Shown piece by piece: positions 8,090 through 16,164 of a stretch of DNA of 24,000 nt. Under the pieces are notes generated by a model, which saw only the letters and a program-made list of their open reading frames with translations, was not told the origin of the DNA and searched no databases. Origin of the DNA: Candidatus Bathyarchaeota archaeon (GTDB lineage Archaea; Thermoproteota; Bathyarchaeia; Bathyarchaeales; SOJC01); the NCBI GenBank assembly GCA_029882535.1, contig JAOUKM010000001.1, positions 86,037-110,036 on the forward strand. Direction: 5' to 3'. The position numbers and the translations under genes are program-made. Within the stretch, counting starts at the first letter, position 1; every line of letters begins with the position of its first letter.

Positions 8090-8891
8090 TTGCTAACGCT
8101 CCAAAATCTTCAGGCGCCAAATCTCGAACACGTTTATTATGAAATGGCAAAACATCGGCTCTTTTCACAGCCGCTGTACCCTTTAATCCATATTTACGGA
8201 GGAGTGGTAGAACCGCGTTTCGGACTTTTCTGTTGCGTTGTGTAAACAGAGTTTGCACGACTTCATCAAAAACTTCTTCGTCTTCTACCTTGAAAGGCGC
8301 CAATCTCTTAGGTATCAACCGCACTATAACAACATCCACGTCAGGTGGGGGATAAAACGCCTCTTTAGGAACATTGTCTAGCAGTTCTACTTCAACATGG
8401 TAAGAAGTGGAAACGGTTAGACGACCGTAATCCTTGCTGCCTATCGGTGTGTCGAGGCGTCTGGCGAACTCTTTTTGAAAGGTTAAAACAGCACAGTTAA
8501 AAGTTCTTTTTAAAAGCCAGAAAAGAAGTGGCGAAGAGATTGAGAAAGGCGGATTAGAAACCACTTTGTCAAAAGGCGGTATGGCAACTTTGAGAATGTT
8601 GCCTTCTATTAACTCTGCATTATCAAACCCGCCAAGCTCATTCTGCAAAGCCGTCATTAATCGAGCATCCGCTTCAACAGCAATAACTTTCCTCGACTTC
8701 TGAGCAAGAAGACATGTAAGAAAGCCAAAACCCGCACCAACCTCCAAAACAACGTCTGATCGCCCTACAGACGCATACGAACTCATAAGTTGCAAAAATT
8801 GCTCATCAACAACGAAGTTTTGGCCCAAATACTTCTTCGGAAAAACTCTATAGGTACGCATAAGATGCTCTGCTTTTTGGTAAAGACTCAT
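8073..8891 (-). CDS. rsmA: 16S/18S rRNA (adenine-N6,N6)-dimethyltransferase KsgA/Dim1
   Basis: KKYLGQNFVVDEQFL, VLEVGAGFGFLT, VVSNPPFSISSPLL. I start it at ATG 8891 (MSLYQKAEHL...), 10 nt after the DUF655 stop, rather than the tracked 8960, which would overlap the upstream gene by 59 nt. Confidence 0.9.
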   Translation of the reverse strand: MSLYQKAEHLMRTYRVFPKKYLGQNFVVDEQFLQLMSSYASVGRSDVVLEVGAGFGFLTCLLAQKSRKVIAVEADARLMTALQNELGGFDNAELIEGNILKVAIPPFDKVVSNPPFSISSPLLFWLLKRTFNCAVLTFQKEFARRLDTPIGSKDYGRLTVSTSYHVEVELLDNVPKEAFYPPPDVDVVIVRLIPKRLAPFKVEDEEVFDEVVQTLFTQRNRKVRNAVLPLLRKYGLKGTAAVKRADVLPFHNKRVRDLAPEDFGALANELST

Positions 8892-8901
8892 GAGAGTCCC
8901 A

Positions 8902-9492
8902 CTAGGGTATCCGCGTAAATAGCCTGTATTTACTGTCTCCCGACAGCTCTTCAACAACACGTTTAGCTACCAACTTAGCTGGATCAGGTATGTTAGTGCG
9001 TTTTTGCAAGTCTTCGAAACTTTCAAAGGGCTTCCGTTCACGCTCATTAATAATTTGCCACATGTACTTCTTGCCAATGCCTGGAATGAGTTCCATGGCG
9101 TGCATGCGTGGAGTTATGGCATGGGCTGTGTTGAAGAAGTTAACGAACCAGTGTTCACGTCTTAAAACAATTCCTTCAATTACACTTGGCAGCTCCATCT
9201 TGGCGTTCGCAGTCAACTCGTTAAAGCCGACTCTGCCAATTATATAGGTGATTTTCTCTCTCTTGTCTTTTCCAACGTAAACTCGGTCTTGAGGCTTAAG
9301 GACTAGACCTTCTTTCACTATGGCTTCTAACAGAGTGAAAAAAGCTTCACCTACCACTTGGACAACCGCCCCTGACCGGTAACCAGGTCTTATGCCTGCG
9401 CGACCGTGAGATAGAAAATCCAGTACGTAGGCGTGTTCCTCGTATCTTTTCTCCATACCCTCTTCTCTCGCCCCTTCAAACCGAAATAACAT
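8902..9492 (-). CDS. DUF655 (COG1491) putative RNA/nucleic-acid-binding protein
   Basis: EEHAYVLDFLSHGR N-terminal OB-like block and C-terminal helix-hairpin-helix MELIPGIGKKYMWQII. Conserved position between rpoF and ksgA in archaea. Alternative start ATG 9456 (MEKRYEEHAYVLDFL). Confidence 0.8.
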   Translation of the reverse strand: MLFRFEGAREEGMEKRYEEHAYVLDFLSHGRAGIRPGYRSGAVVQVVGEAFFTLLEAIVKEGLVLKPQDRVYVGKDKREKITYIIGRVGFNELTANAKMELPSVIEGIVLRREHWFVNFFNTAHAITPRMHAMELIPGIGKKYMWQIINERERKPFESFEDLQKRTNIPDPAKLVAKRVVEELSGDSKYRLFTRIP

Positions 9493-9513
9493 ATTATTAT
9501 ATCGTGAAAGCTA

Positions 9514-9852
9514 TTATTCCTTTTTCCGATGCTGATTCAAAAATGTTAGTATGTCTTCCAATTTCTGTGTTTCTACAATTTTTCGCCCGCCAGCCAAGAA
9601 AACACGAATCTCCTCAATGCTTTCGGGCATGCAGTTGACCACCTGCACAGCTTCCTCCTCTTCAAGTTCAAACTTTTTTACCAAGCCTTTCACAAGCTCT
9701 TTGGCAGGTTTTGCTTCTACTTTGGCAAACTTGGCTGTGTAATCGAAGGCTCGGCGTTGAAACTGGTCCAGATTTTCTTCCCCGATGGATTCCAACAGCT
9801 GCTTAACTTCTGGTACGGTTAACATTTTTTCTTTTAATGCTTTTCTGGACAT
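9514..9852 (-). CDS. rpoF: DNA-directed RNA polymerase subunit F (Rpo4)
   Basis: 112 aa, with the pattern LTVPEVKQLLE...FDYTAKFAKV...AKELVKGL...EEEAVQVVNCMPESIEEIRVFL typical of RpoF. Sits directly after rpl21e as in many archaea. Confidence 0.8.
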   Translation of the reverse strand: MSRKALKEKMLTVPEVKQLLESIGEENLDQFQRRAFDYTAKFAKVEAKPAKELVKGLVKKFELEEEEAVQVVNCMPESIEEIRVFLAGGRKIVETQKLEDILTFLNQHRKKE

Positions 9853-9868
9853 TTACAGCCTTCCTTGA

Positions 9869-10159
9869 TTATGCCGTAAAGGGCTCAAGGTGTTCGGGTC
9901 TAACTATTATTTCCTTAACCGTTTTGCCTTGAGTAACGTTCACTACGTAGGCTTGTCCTCTTCTATTTTCTATGATGCCGATTTTCCCGTGGAAACGGCG
10001 GTGGGGCATGCCTTTTTGAACACTTGGGTTTAACTTTACAACCACTCGGTCACCCGGGTTGTATTCTCTGAGTATTTTGCTCAGACCCGTTTTGCCTTTT
10101 TCTCTTGCTTCCTTTCGCAGCAGAGAACGAGTTTTGCGACGGTATCCTCTTGACTTCAT
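9869..10159 (-). CDS. rpl21e: 50S ribosomal protein L21e
   Basis: SRGYRRKTRSLLRK..., PGDRVVVKLNPSVQKGMPHRRFHGKIGIIENRRGQAYVV. ATGA overlap with the pus10 stop. Confidence 0.95.
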   Translation of the reverse strand: MKSRGYRRKTRSLLRKEAREKGKTGLSKILREYNPGDRVVVKLNPSVQKGMPHRRFHGKIGIIENRRGQAYVVNVTQGKTVKEIIVRPEHLEPFTA

Positions 10160-11487
10160 TTTTCTTCTCCTGTAACCACGCTTAATACGTCTAATTGGAG
10201 AGGTGTAGCTTTGGTATCTAGGATACTGGCTACGCTGGGTTCTGTGCGACCCTTATCTCCAGTGACTAACTCTTTTATGTAAAGACCCCCTTGACAACGA
10301 ATTTGCATTTCCGCGCGGTTATATGACAACCTCTTTACCTTTGCCTTATATATGTACTTTTCTCGTGTCAAATTAGCGCGGCGATGTAAAACACGTTGAG
10401 GCGTCTGCTGGCGAACGGTGGCATTAGTCAGCGTTTTTTCTATTCTCTCCAGCTCTTCGCCAGAAACATCTTGGCCAAATTTGATTATCACACGGTAGAT
10501 TTTCTCGGCTGCCTCTGCCTTCTTAAACCGCCTAACAACATCTTTATCAGCAAAACAAAGATTGCGTACTTCAACTTTCCCTTTTGCACGTTTGTTAACT
10601 GTTTGCTCAAGTTTCTGCAAGTCGATAAAGCGCTTCTTGGGTTCTTTAACTTCTAAGACGAAAGGGCGCCCGGAGCCAAGCATACGAGCGTCAACATCTT
10701 CTCTGCCGGCGCCATGAAAAGCAATTTCCTCGCCCTCTGCCATTTCCAGCAGTGGAATGCCGATGAACTCCTCAACAGATTCCTGATATTTTTTACCAGT
10801 CCAGTTGCAACTTTCGCAGCCTTTGCCACCACATTCTCTGCACGACCACCGTGACTGAGGAATGCCGCGGACAAGTTTTCTGTATCTACCAGCAACGTAG
10901 AGAGAGTTTATCTGTAGCCTAACGCGGCGGGTAAAGGGATTTATGAGCATAACTATCTCAGGTCGTCCATAGTCAACTTCCTTGTTAGTCATTTCACAAA
11001 TTCGTTTTCCGATATCTCGACTGAATTGGCTTTTCATGCTCTCGCCGTGAGTGACGTTGAAGCGAGCTTTAAATTCGTCTTCTCGCTCCGCTACCCTGAG
11101 CGGTAATTCTATACCGACAAGAAACGTGGTAAATTCGTAGCTTGTCAGTTTTTTTGCAGCCTTATCTGCAAGGGCGTTAATGTTTTCGAGCTTTCCTTCA
11201 CAGAGGGAACATGGTTTTTTTGCTCGTGCACGTTTGTTGAAGCGTTTTAAAACATTACGAGCCATGTCAAAAGAGCCGTTGGCAGCAACGGTTTTTAACA
11301 GAGGAATGCCAGTTTTGTCTTTAGAAAGTGTGAGTTGATGCCCCCTCAGAGTAAGCAGCAACTTAATTGCTTCGCCACGGTTCCTATTTTCTACGCCGTG
11401 TCCGAGGAGGGCAAATTGTCTGCCCAAACAGTTGCTGCATAGGGGATGTTCTGTTAGCATTTGCACGGCTTCTTCCAGAATGCCCAT
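10156..11487 (-). CDS. pus10: tRNA pseudouridine(54/55) synthase Pus10
   Basis: N-terminal zinc motif CSNCLGRQF...CSLCEG, second Cys cluster CRECGGKGCESC, THUMP-like middle region, catalytic block HGAGREDVDARMLGSGRPF, and C-terminal QRVLHRR. Confidence 0.9.
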   Translation of the reverse strand: MGILEEAVQMLTEHPLCSNCLGRQFALLGHGVENRNRGEAIKLLLTLRGHQLTLSKDKTGIPLLKTVAANGSFDMARNVLKRFNKRARAKKPCSLCEGKLENINALADKAAKKLTSYEFTTFLVGIELPLRVAEREDEFKARFNVTHGESMKSQFSRDIGKRICEMTNKEVDYGRPEIVMLINPFTRRVRLQINSLYVAGRYRKLVRGIPQSRWSCRECGGKGCESCNWTGKKYQESVEEFIGIPLLEMAEGEEIAFHGAGREDVDARMLGSGRPFVLEVKEPKKRFIDLQKLEQTVNKRAKGKVEVRNLCFADKDVVRRFKKAEAAEKIYRVIIKFGQDVSGEELERIEKTLTNATVRQQTPQRVLHRRANLTREKYIYKAKVKRLSYNRAEMQIRCQGGLYIKELVTGDKGRTEPSVASILDTKATPLQLDVLSVVTGEEK

Positions 11488-11499
11488 TGGTCCTGCTGC

Positions 11500-12834
11500 C
11501 TACCTGAAGCCTTTTGGAAGTTTCTTTCCAGTCAAAAAAGGAAGTTTCTTGCGCCGCAGTTGCTTCATCATCCGCCGCATCATGTTGTACTGTTGGAGAA
11601 GCTCCTTAACCTCTTTCTCCGAAGTGCCTGACCCTTTTGCAACTCGCCGGATACGAGAAGAAGAAAACATTTTTGGGCTTTCTCGTTCTTTAGGAGTCAT
11701 CGATTGAATGATGACGCGCCACTTTTCCAGTCGGTCCTGGGCCATGTCAACCATGTCGTCTGGAATGTTGTAGGACATGCCAGGCAACATTTGTAAGAGA
11801 CGTTTGAAGGGACCCATGCCTTTCATTGCTTCGAATTGTTCGTACATGTCGGTTAGGGTGAATTTGCCGCTGAGTATCTTTTTAGCTTTTTTTTCTGGGA
11901 TTCTTATTTCAGCCTCGCGGACTTTTTCTATGAGGCTTTCTAGGTCTCCCATGCCCAAGAGACGCCCGACGAAGCGGGATGGCACAAAGGCTTCGATGTC
12001 TCCGATTTTCTCACCAGTGCTGATGAATTTGATTGGAGAGCCTATTGCTGCAACTGCCGATAGTGCGCCGCCTCCACGAGCAGAGCCGTCCAGTTTTGCC
12101 ACTAAGATTGAGCCTATCGGGGTGGCTTCGTGGAATGCTTTTGCTTGCGTCGCGGCCTGCTGCCCTATAGTGCCGTCTATAACAAGCACGACCTCGTCAG
12201 GTTTGACGGCTTTCTCCAGTTGCTTCATCTCTTCAATGAGACTTTTTTCTTCTTTGTGGCGTCCCGATGTGTCAAGTATCACAAAATCGCGGTTATGAAA
12301 TTCTTTCAGTCCTTCTCTAGCGATGTTAACTGAGTTTTTCGATTTTGGGTCACCGTATACTGGAACGTTAATTCGGCTGGCTAGCTGTTTTAGTTGGTCA
12401 AAGGCGCCTGGTCTGAACGTGTCTACGCATATTAAAGCTGGTTTTAGTCCTCTTTTTTGTAAATATCGGGCGAGCTTGGCAGAAGCTGTAGTTTTTCCCG
12501 AGCCCTGAATGCCAACAAGCATAATGACACGGCGTTTGCCCGGCTCAATCTTAAATGGAACAGCTTTCTCTCCAAGAAAACGGGTTATTTCCTCATAAAC
12601 CACTTTTACTACGTGCTCTTTTCTAGAGATGCCTAGAGGAAGATCTTCTTTCAAGGCTCTGTCTTCAATTCGCTTCGATATGCTGAGAACTAACTGAACG
12701 CTTACGTCGGCTTGTAAAAGCGCTCTTTGAATGTCGTGGACAAGTTCCTTCACTACTGCCTCGTCCACGACAGCTGCTTTAAAAACTCTTTTTAAAGCGC
12801 CGTGGATAGATGAGCCGAGACGTTCTAGCACCAT
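11500..12834 (-). CDS. srp54: Signal recognition particle protein SRP54
   Basis: GIQGSGKTTASAKLA (P-loop), DTSGRH, LVAKLDGSARGG, and a Met-rich C-terminal M domain (MYEQFEAMKGMGP...MMRRMMKQL). Confidence 0.97.
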   Translation of the reverse strand: MVLERLGSSIHGALKRVFKAAVVDEAVVKELVHDIQRALLQADVSVQLVLSISKRIEDRALKEDLPLGISRKEHVVKVVYEEITRFLGEKAVPFKIEPGKRRVIMLVGIQGSGKTTASAKLARYLQKRGLKPALICVDTFRPGAFDQLKQLASRINVPVYGDPKSKNSVNIAREGLKEFHNRDFVILDTSGRHKEEKSLIEEMKQLEKAVKPDEVVLVIDGTIGQQAATQAKAFHEATPIGSILVAKLDGSARGGGALSAVAAIGSPIKFISTGEKIGDIEAFVPSRFVGRLLGMGDLESLIEKVREAEIRIPEKKAKKILSGKFTLTDMYEQFEAMKGMGPFKRLLQMLPGMSYNIPDDMVDMAQDRLEKWRVIIQSMTPKERESPKMFSSSRIRRVAKGSGTSEKEVKELLQQYNMMRRMMKQLRRKKLPFLTGKKLPKGFR

Positions 12835-12940
12835 GACCGTTCACTTTATCCTTAAACTCGGTGCGTGCTTAAATAGGATTTGGGTTTACCACAACCTTTT
12901 TGTCAAGCTTTTAATAACTAAGAAGACTAGGGAAGATTCT
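12835..12940. promoter_or_regulatory. Divergent promoter region between srp54 and the PAC2-like gene
   Basis: TATTTAAG on the minus strand (about 12870-12877) lies roughly 32 nt from the srp54 ATG. TTTTAATAA on the plus strand (about 12909-12918) lies roughly 25 nt before TTG 12941. Position-based inference only. Confidence 0.35.
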
Positions 12941-13684
12941 TTGGCAGTTCCTATAAATTTTGTGGAAAAAAGCCCAATTCCTTCTGGAGCCACAATGCTT
13001 TGCGGGTTCCCAGATGTTGGCCTTGTCGGCGTACTGGCTTCATCTCATGTTATTTCTGAGCTTAACTTAGTTGAAATGGCTTATGTTGACTCTGACCTGT
13101 TGCCGCCGATTGTTGTGTTACATGAAGGCTTGCCTCATGCGCCGATTCGTATATTTGGAAATGACGATTTGCTTGTTACGATTGCAGAAACTGCGATTCC
13201 GGCGGGGGGAGTTCAACGTCTTATGCGAAGTTTTGTAGAGTGGGGAAAGTCGAAGAACGTTAAGATGATGATTCCGATAGGTGGGATACCTGTGCAGAAC
13301 CGTCAAGACATTGAAGAGCCTAAAGTGTTCGGTACCGCTTCGAGCCTTGACATGATCAAACTGTTGGAGCAGAAAGGCGTCAACGTGTTAAAGGAAGGCT
13401 ACATGGTTGGGCCTCAAGCGTTAATCATGCGCTACTGCGCCGAACGCAGCATCCCAGCAATAGCTCTGCTCGCCCAATCATTCTACAACTATCCCGACCC
13501 AGAAGCCTCGGCAGCTACACTGAACCAATTAGCCAAAGTCACAGGCATAAAAGTGGACGTTTCCAAGCTGTTTGAGAAGGGAGAAGAAATTAGACTCAGG
13601 GCGAAAGATGTGATGAAACGTACTCAGCGGGAGTTGACTAAGATGAAGAAGGGGCAAGAGTATGACTTGCCGCTTTATGTTTAG
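12941..13684 (+). CDS. PAC2-family proteasome assembly chaperone (PbaA/PbaB-like) with C-terminal HbYX tail
   Basis: MLCGFPDVGLVGVLASSHVISEL, IRIFGN..., GYMVGPQALIM, ALLAQSFYNYPDPEASA match my memory of COG1938/PAC2. The protein ends ...DLPLYV (Leu-Tyr-X = HbYX). The tracked start 12731 overlaps srp54 and the promoter, so I trim to TTG 12941. Alternatives are GTG 12962 and ATG 12995; the start is uncertain. Confidence 0.75.
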   Translation: MAVPINFVEKSPIPSGATMLCGFPDVGLVGVLASSHVISELNLVEMAYVDSDLLPPIVVLHEGLPHAPIRIFGNDDLLVTIAETAIPAGGVQRLMRSFVEWGKSKNVKMMIPIGGIPVQNRQDIEEPKVFGTASSLDMIKLLEQKGVNVLKEGYMVGPQALIMRYCAERSIPAIALLAQSFYNYPDPEASAATLNQLAKVTGIKVDVSKLFEKGEEIRLRAKDVMKRTQRELTKMKKGQEYDLPLYV

Positions 13685-13702
13685 GGAGGGGGAAAATAAG
13701 GC

Positions 13703-14143
13703 ATGTCAAGTAGTAGAAGAAGACGGTCAATCTTCGAATTGATTAACGAGTATATTGAAGAGATGGAGTCGCTGGCTGAAGAACTATTGCCCACTGAACG
13801 GCCAAGCTGGGATATTCAAGCACATACCATAGAACCCTTGTGTAACGTGTTCGTCACGCCAGATGAAGTGGTTGTCACAGCAGACCTGCCTTTTTCCGAT
13901 CCCGACTCGATAAAAGTTGAGCCCATTGACCGAAACACTCTTGAGATAAGTGCAAAAATAAAACGAAAAGTATGCTGCGAAGATTTAGGCATAATCCATC
14001 AAAGAGGCGAATTTTCCACCTTCAAATGTCAAACACGCATTCCAATGCCCGTGGACATGGAGAAACGAGAAGCGAAGTTCAAAAAGGGAATCTTAGAGAT
14101 TCGGTTGCCTAGAAAGAAGGGCTATGAAATAAAAGTTGAATAA
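13703..14143 (+). CDS. Small heat-shock protein, Hsp20/alpha-crystallin family
   Basis: VVVTADLPFSDPDSIKVEPIDRNTLEISAK...FSTFKCQTRIPMPVDMEKREAKFKKGILEIRLPRK shows the canonical alpha-crystallin pattern. Strong SD GGGAGGGGG upstream; 18-nt gap from the PAC2-like gene. Confidence 0.9.
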   Translation: MSSSRRRRSIFELINEYIEEMESLAEELLPTERPSWDIQAHTIEPLCNVFVTPDEVVVTADLPFSDPDSIKVEPIDRNTLEISAKIKRKVCCEDLGIIHQRGEFSTFKCQTRIPMPVDMEKREAKFKKGILEIRLPRKKGYEIKVE

Positions 14144-14256
14144 GAACGGTTAAGGGACATATTAGGAACAAGTATCCACTGACTATTCCAACATAGCCTA
14201 CGGAAAATTTTAACAAGAGATACGCTAAAGATACGATACTTAGGAGACTTGTCAGC

Positions 14257-14454
14257 TTGACGGTAAAAAACGCTATCTACTTTTTCGTCTTCGTCTTCAT
14301 ACTTGTAGGAGTTTATGGCATTACAGCATGGACTGCCCTCAACACCGTGGGAGCTCCGTTAAGTTACGCCGTAATAGCGTTTCTATGGGGCATAACACTC
14401 GCCATATTATACGTCGCCTTCGACAAAGCAGAGTGGGACTGGTGGGAAAGTTAG
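14257..14454 (+). CDS. Hypothetical small membrane protein (2 predicted TM helices)
   Basis: TTG start with AGGAG (14242-14246) 10 nt upstream and a TATA-like AAAATTTTAA (14204-14213). Two hydrophobic stretches: IYFFVFVFILVGVYGITAW and YAVIAFLWGITLAILYVAF. No recognisable family. Its stop overlaps the convergent DHS stop by 4 nt. Confidence 0.4.
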   Translation: MTVKNAIYFFVFVFILVGVYGITAWTALNTVGAPLSYAVIAFLWGITLAILYVAFDKAEWDWWES

Positions 14455-15383
14455 ACCTCTTCTAAAGCAGCAGCAACGATAAGCGGAAACGCGATAGTGG
14501 CATCAGAGATAACCGTGACAGTGTTCTCTTCAGATTTGACTTTACTCCAACTAATAGCCTCCTCCAAAGACGCACCACTTAAACCGCCTGGCTCAGGCCT
14601 GTCCATAGTAATCTGAACCGCCAAATCCACGCCCTCACGAAAAGTATTCGCAAACAACGCAAAATGCTTCGGCAACCCACCACCCAGAATTATGATACCC
14701 GATTTTTTAGCCTCATAAACCTCACCCACGAGCTTGGATACGTCGCCGAGAGGGTCAAGAACTAGCTTTTTGTCTTGTCCGTAAATCCAAAGCTGAAATC
14801 CTGCTATCGAGTCAGGCAGGCCAGGGCAAATTACTGGCACGTTTTTTCTTGCAGCCGTTGCCAAAATAGAGTCTTCGTCATCTATCCGCTTTCCGATTTC
14901 CAGAAGTAGTTCGGAAGGGGAAATTCGTTGACGTTTCTGCTCCGGTATTTCTTCAAGAATACGGTAAAGCCACTTCTCTAAGTCTTTGAAGACTTTGTGT
15001 TCTATGTAAATGTCAGCGATCCTGCCAATGTCTTTCCTCTTTAACTGTTTGTCTTCAGCTCTGAATGTGCCGACTTTGTGTCTGTAGCCTAAAGCTTCAA
15101 CCATGTCGTGAACCATATTAGCGCCAGTTGTTACAACCACGTTTACGTGTCCTTTCGCGATGAGCTGAGCAATTATGTTTCTCAAGCCGCCGGGAACAAG
15201 CGCGCCGGCTAAGGTTAAGAAGACGGTGTAGTCTGGGTTCTTGAACATTCTTGTTACTAGCTTCGCCGCTTTCCCTATTTTTCCAGCGCCCAAAACTCCG
15301 CAAGCATCCATCTCCTTAATCAGTTGAGCAACGGTGATTCCACGCGTAAGTTGTATATGTTTTACATCTTTCAACGACTTCAA
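14451..15383 (-). CDS. dys: Deoxyhypusine synthase
   Basis: VFLTLAGALVPGGLRNIIAQLIAKGHVNVVVTTGANMVHD, IILGGGLPKHF (catalytic Lys region), ISWSKV. Directly downstream of its substrate gene aIF5A. Confidence 0.93.
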   Translation of the reverse strand: MKSLKDVKHIQLTRGITVAQLIKEMDACGVLGAGKIGKAAKLVTRMFKNPDYTVFLTLAGALVPGGLRNIIAQLIAKGHVNVVVTTGANMVHDMVEALGYRHKVGTFRAEDKQLKRKDIGRIADIYIEHKVFKDLEKWLYRILEEIPEQKRQRISPSELLLEIGKRIDDEDSILATAARKNVPVICPGLPDSIAGFQLWIYGQDKKLVLDPLGDVSKLVGEVYEAKKSGIIILGGGLPKHFALFANTFREGVDLAVQITMDRPEPGGLSGASLEEAISWSKVKSEENTVTVISDATIAFPLIVAAALEEV

Positions 15384-15415
15384 CTTCTTTAGAAAAGATA
15401 AGACAAGAAGTGCGG

Positions 15416-15811
15416 CTAACCCTTGGTTCGCATTATTTTAGTTCTCCCCAAGATGCGCCAGTATTCAACCTCGACACCAGACGCCAACTTCTGTTTCAGC
15501 GCTTCTTCGTCAGGGTGCGCTGCCTCAAAAACCTCATAGTTCTCCAAGTCCATTATTTGAACAGCGTTTGGCAACAGAGCGAGAATTTGACCACTTCTTT
15601 TTTCAATTAGAGGCACTTCTATCTGCGCGTCCACAGGTTTGACAAGAGTTTTCTTACTGCCGTCGAAAACTCCTATAGCTACAACTCGCGCTTTAGCCGC
15701 GCCGTGTTTGCCAGGCTTGGACTTTGTGAGGCTTGCAACGCGGCATGGTTCGTTGTCAACAATCACGTATCCGCCGACACGTAAAGTTCCAACGTCAACA
15801 GGTTTACTCAT
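15416..15811 (-). CDS. eif5a: Translation initiation factor 5A (aIF5A)
   Basis: Hypusination loop TKSKPGKHGAAKARVVAIG, an N-terminal SH3-like block and a C-terminal OB-like block. GAGGG lies just upstream of the ATG. Confidence 0.96.
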   Translation of the reverse strand: MSKPVDVGTLRVGGYVIVDNEPCRVASLTKSKPGKHGAAKARVVAIGVFDGSKKTLVKPVDAQIEVPLIEKRSGQILALLPNAVQIMDLENYEVFEAAHPDEEALKQKLASGVEVEYWRILGRTKIMRTKG

Positions 15812-15860
15812 CTATCCCTCGCATCCAATATAATACAGCAATGTTTAACAACTAAAATAA

Positions 15861-15980
15861 ATAGATTTAGCTTATTGTAGAGTAAAATAAATCCAAGGAT
15901 AGATTTGAGCTTCTTGTCAGAGATTATCTTATGCGAGCGCGCAAAAATATTAGTCATTTGGAATAGCGATATCTCTTGCA
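15861..15980. repeat. Intergenic repeat, copy 1 (42-nt core 15861-15902 plus degenerate extension with a GCGCGC tract)
   Basis: 15861-15895 ATAGATTTAGCTTATTGTAGAGTAAAATAAATCCA is identical to 22119-22153. There is then 1 mismatch followed by GGATAG (41/42 overall). Looser similarity follows: TTTGA(A)GCT, a GCGCGC tract, and CGATATCTC at 15967-15975 vs 22186-22194. An internal sub-repeat ATAGATTT(G)AGCTT occurs at 15861 and 15899. Confidence 0.9.
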
Positions 15981-16164
15981 CAATCACTATTTTTTTGGTA
16001 TTTGCCGACTTATTGCAAGGAAGAAGATCACCTATCAACATACAATTGAAGTTTGAGATCTAAATGATTGCAAAATAAAGTGTGAATTGCATTGGTAATA
16101 GTACAGTTTTATCGAAAATATTTAATACTTTATACATGTAGATAAGATTTAGGAGGAAACAGAA

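Noticed and set aside
8892-8960. The N-terminal 23 codons of tracked ORF 8073..8960 (ksgA)
   Set aside because: They would overlap the DUF655 gene by 59 nt. ATG 8891 gives a normal KsgA N-terminus about 22 aa before LGQNF.
11777-12298. A 173-aa + strand ORF antisense to srp54, and similar antisense ORFs at 5866..6255, 6896..7261, 7359..7745, 16978..17385 and 17627..17992
   Set aside because: All lie fully inside strongly supported genes on the other strand. They encode Ser/Pro/Cys-rich low-complexity sequence and have no start-site context. They are typical antisense shadows.
12731-12940. The N-terminal 70 codons of tracked ORF 12731..13684
   Set aside because: They overlap the srp54 5' end on the other strand and read through the divergent promoter. 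The PAC2 homology only begins near MLCGFPDVG, so the gene was trimmed.
15863-15894. A possible hairpin within the 42-nt repeat (GATTTA ... TAAATC), hinting at a structured small RNA
   Set aside because: It is only a 6-bp all-weak stem with an 18-nt loop and has no compensatory evidence. That is insufficient to call an ncRNA, so it is reported only as a repeat.
15808-16041. A 77-aa minus-strand ORF in the aIF5A / ABC intergenic region
   Set aside because: It is an AT-rich, Ile/Leu/Lys-biased product spanning the promoter and repeat region. It would overlap the aIF5A start and has no motif support.
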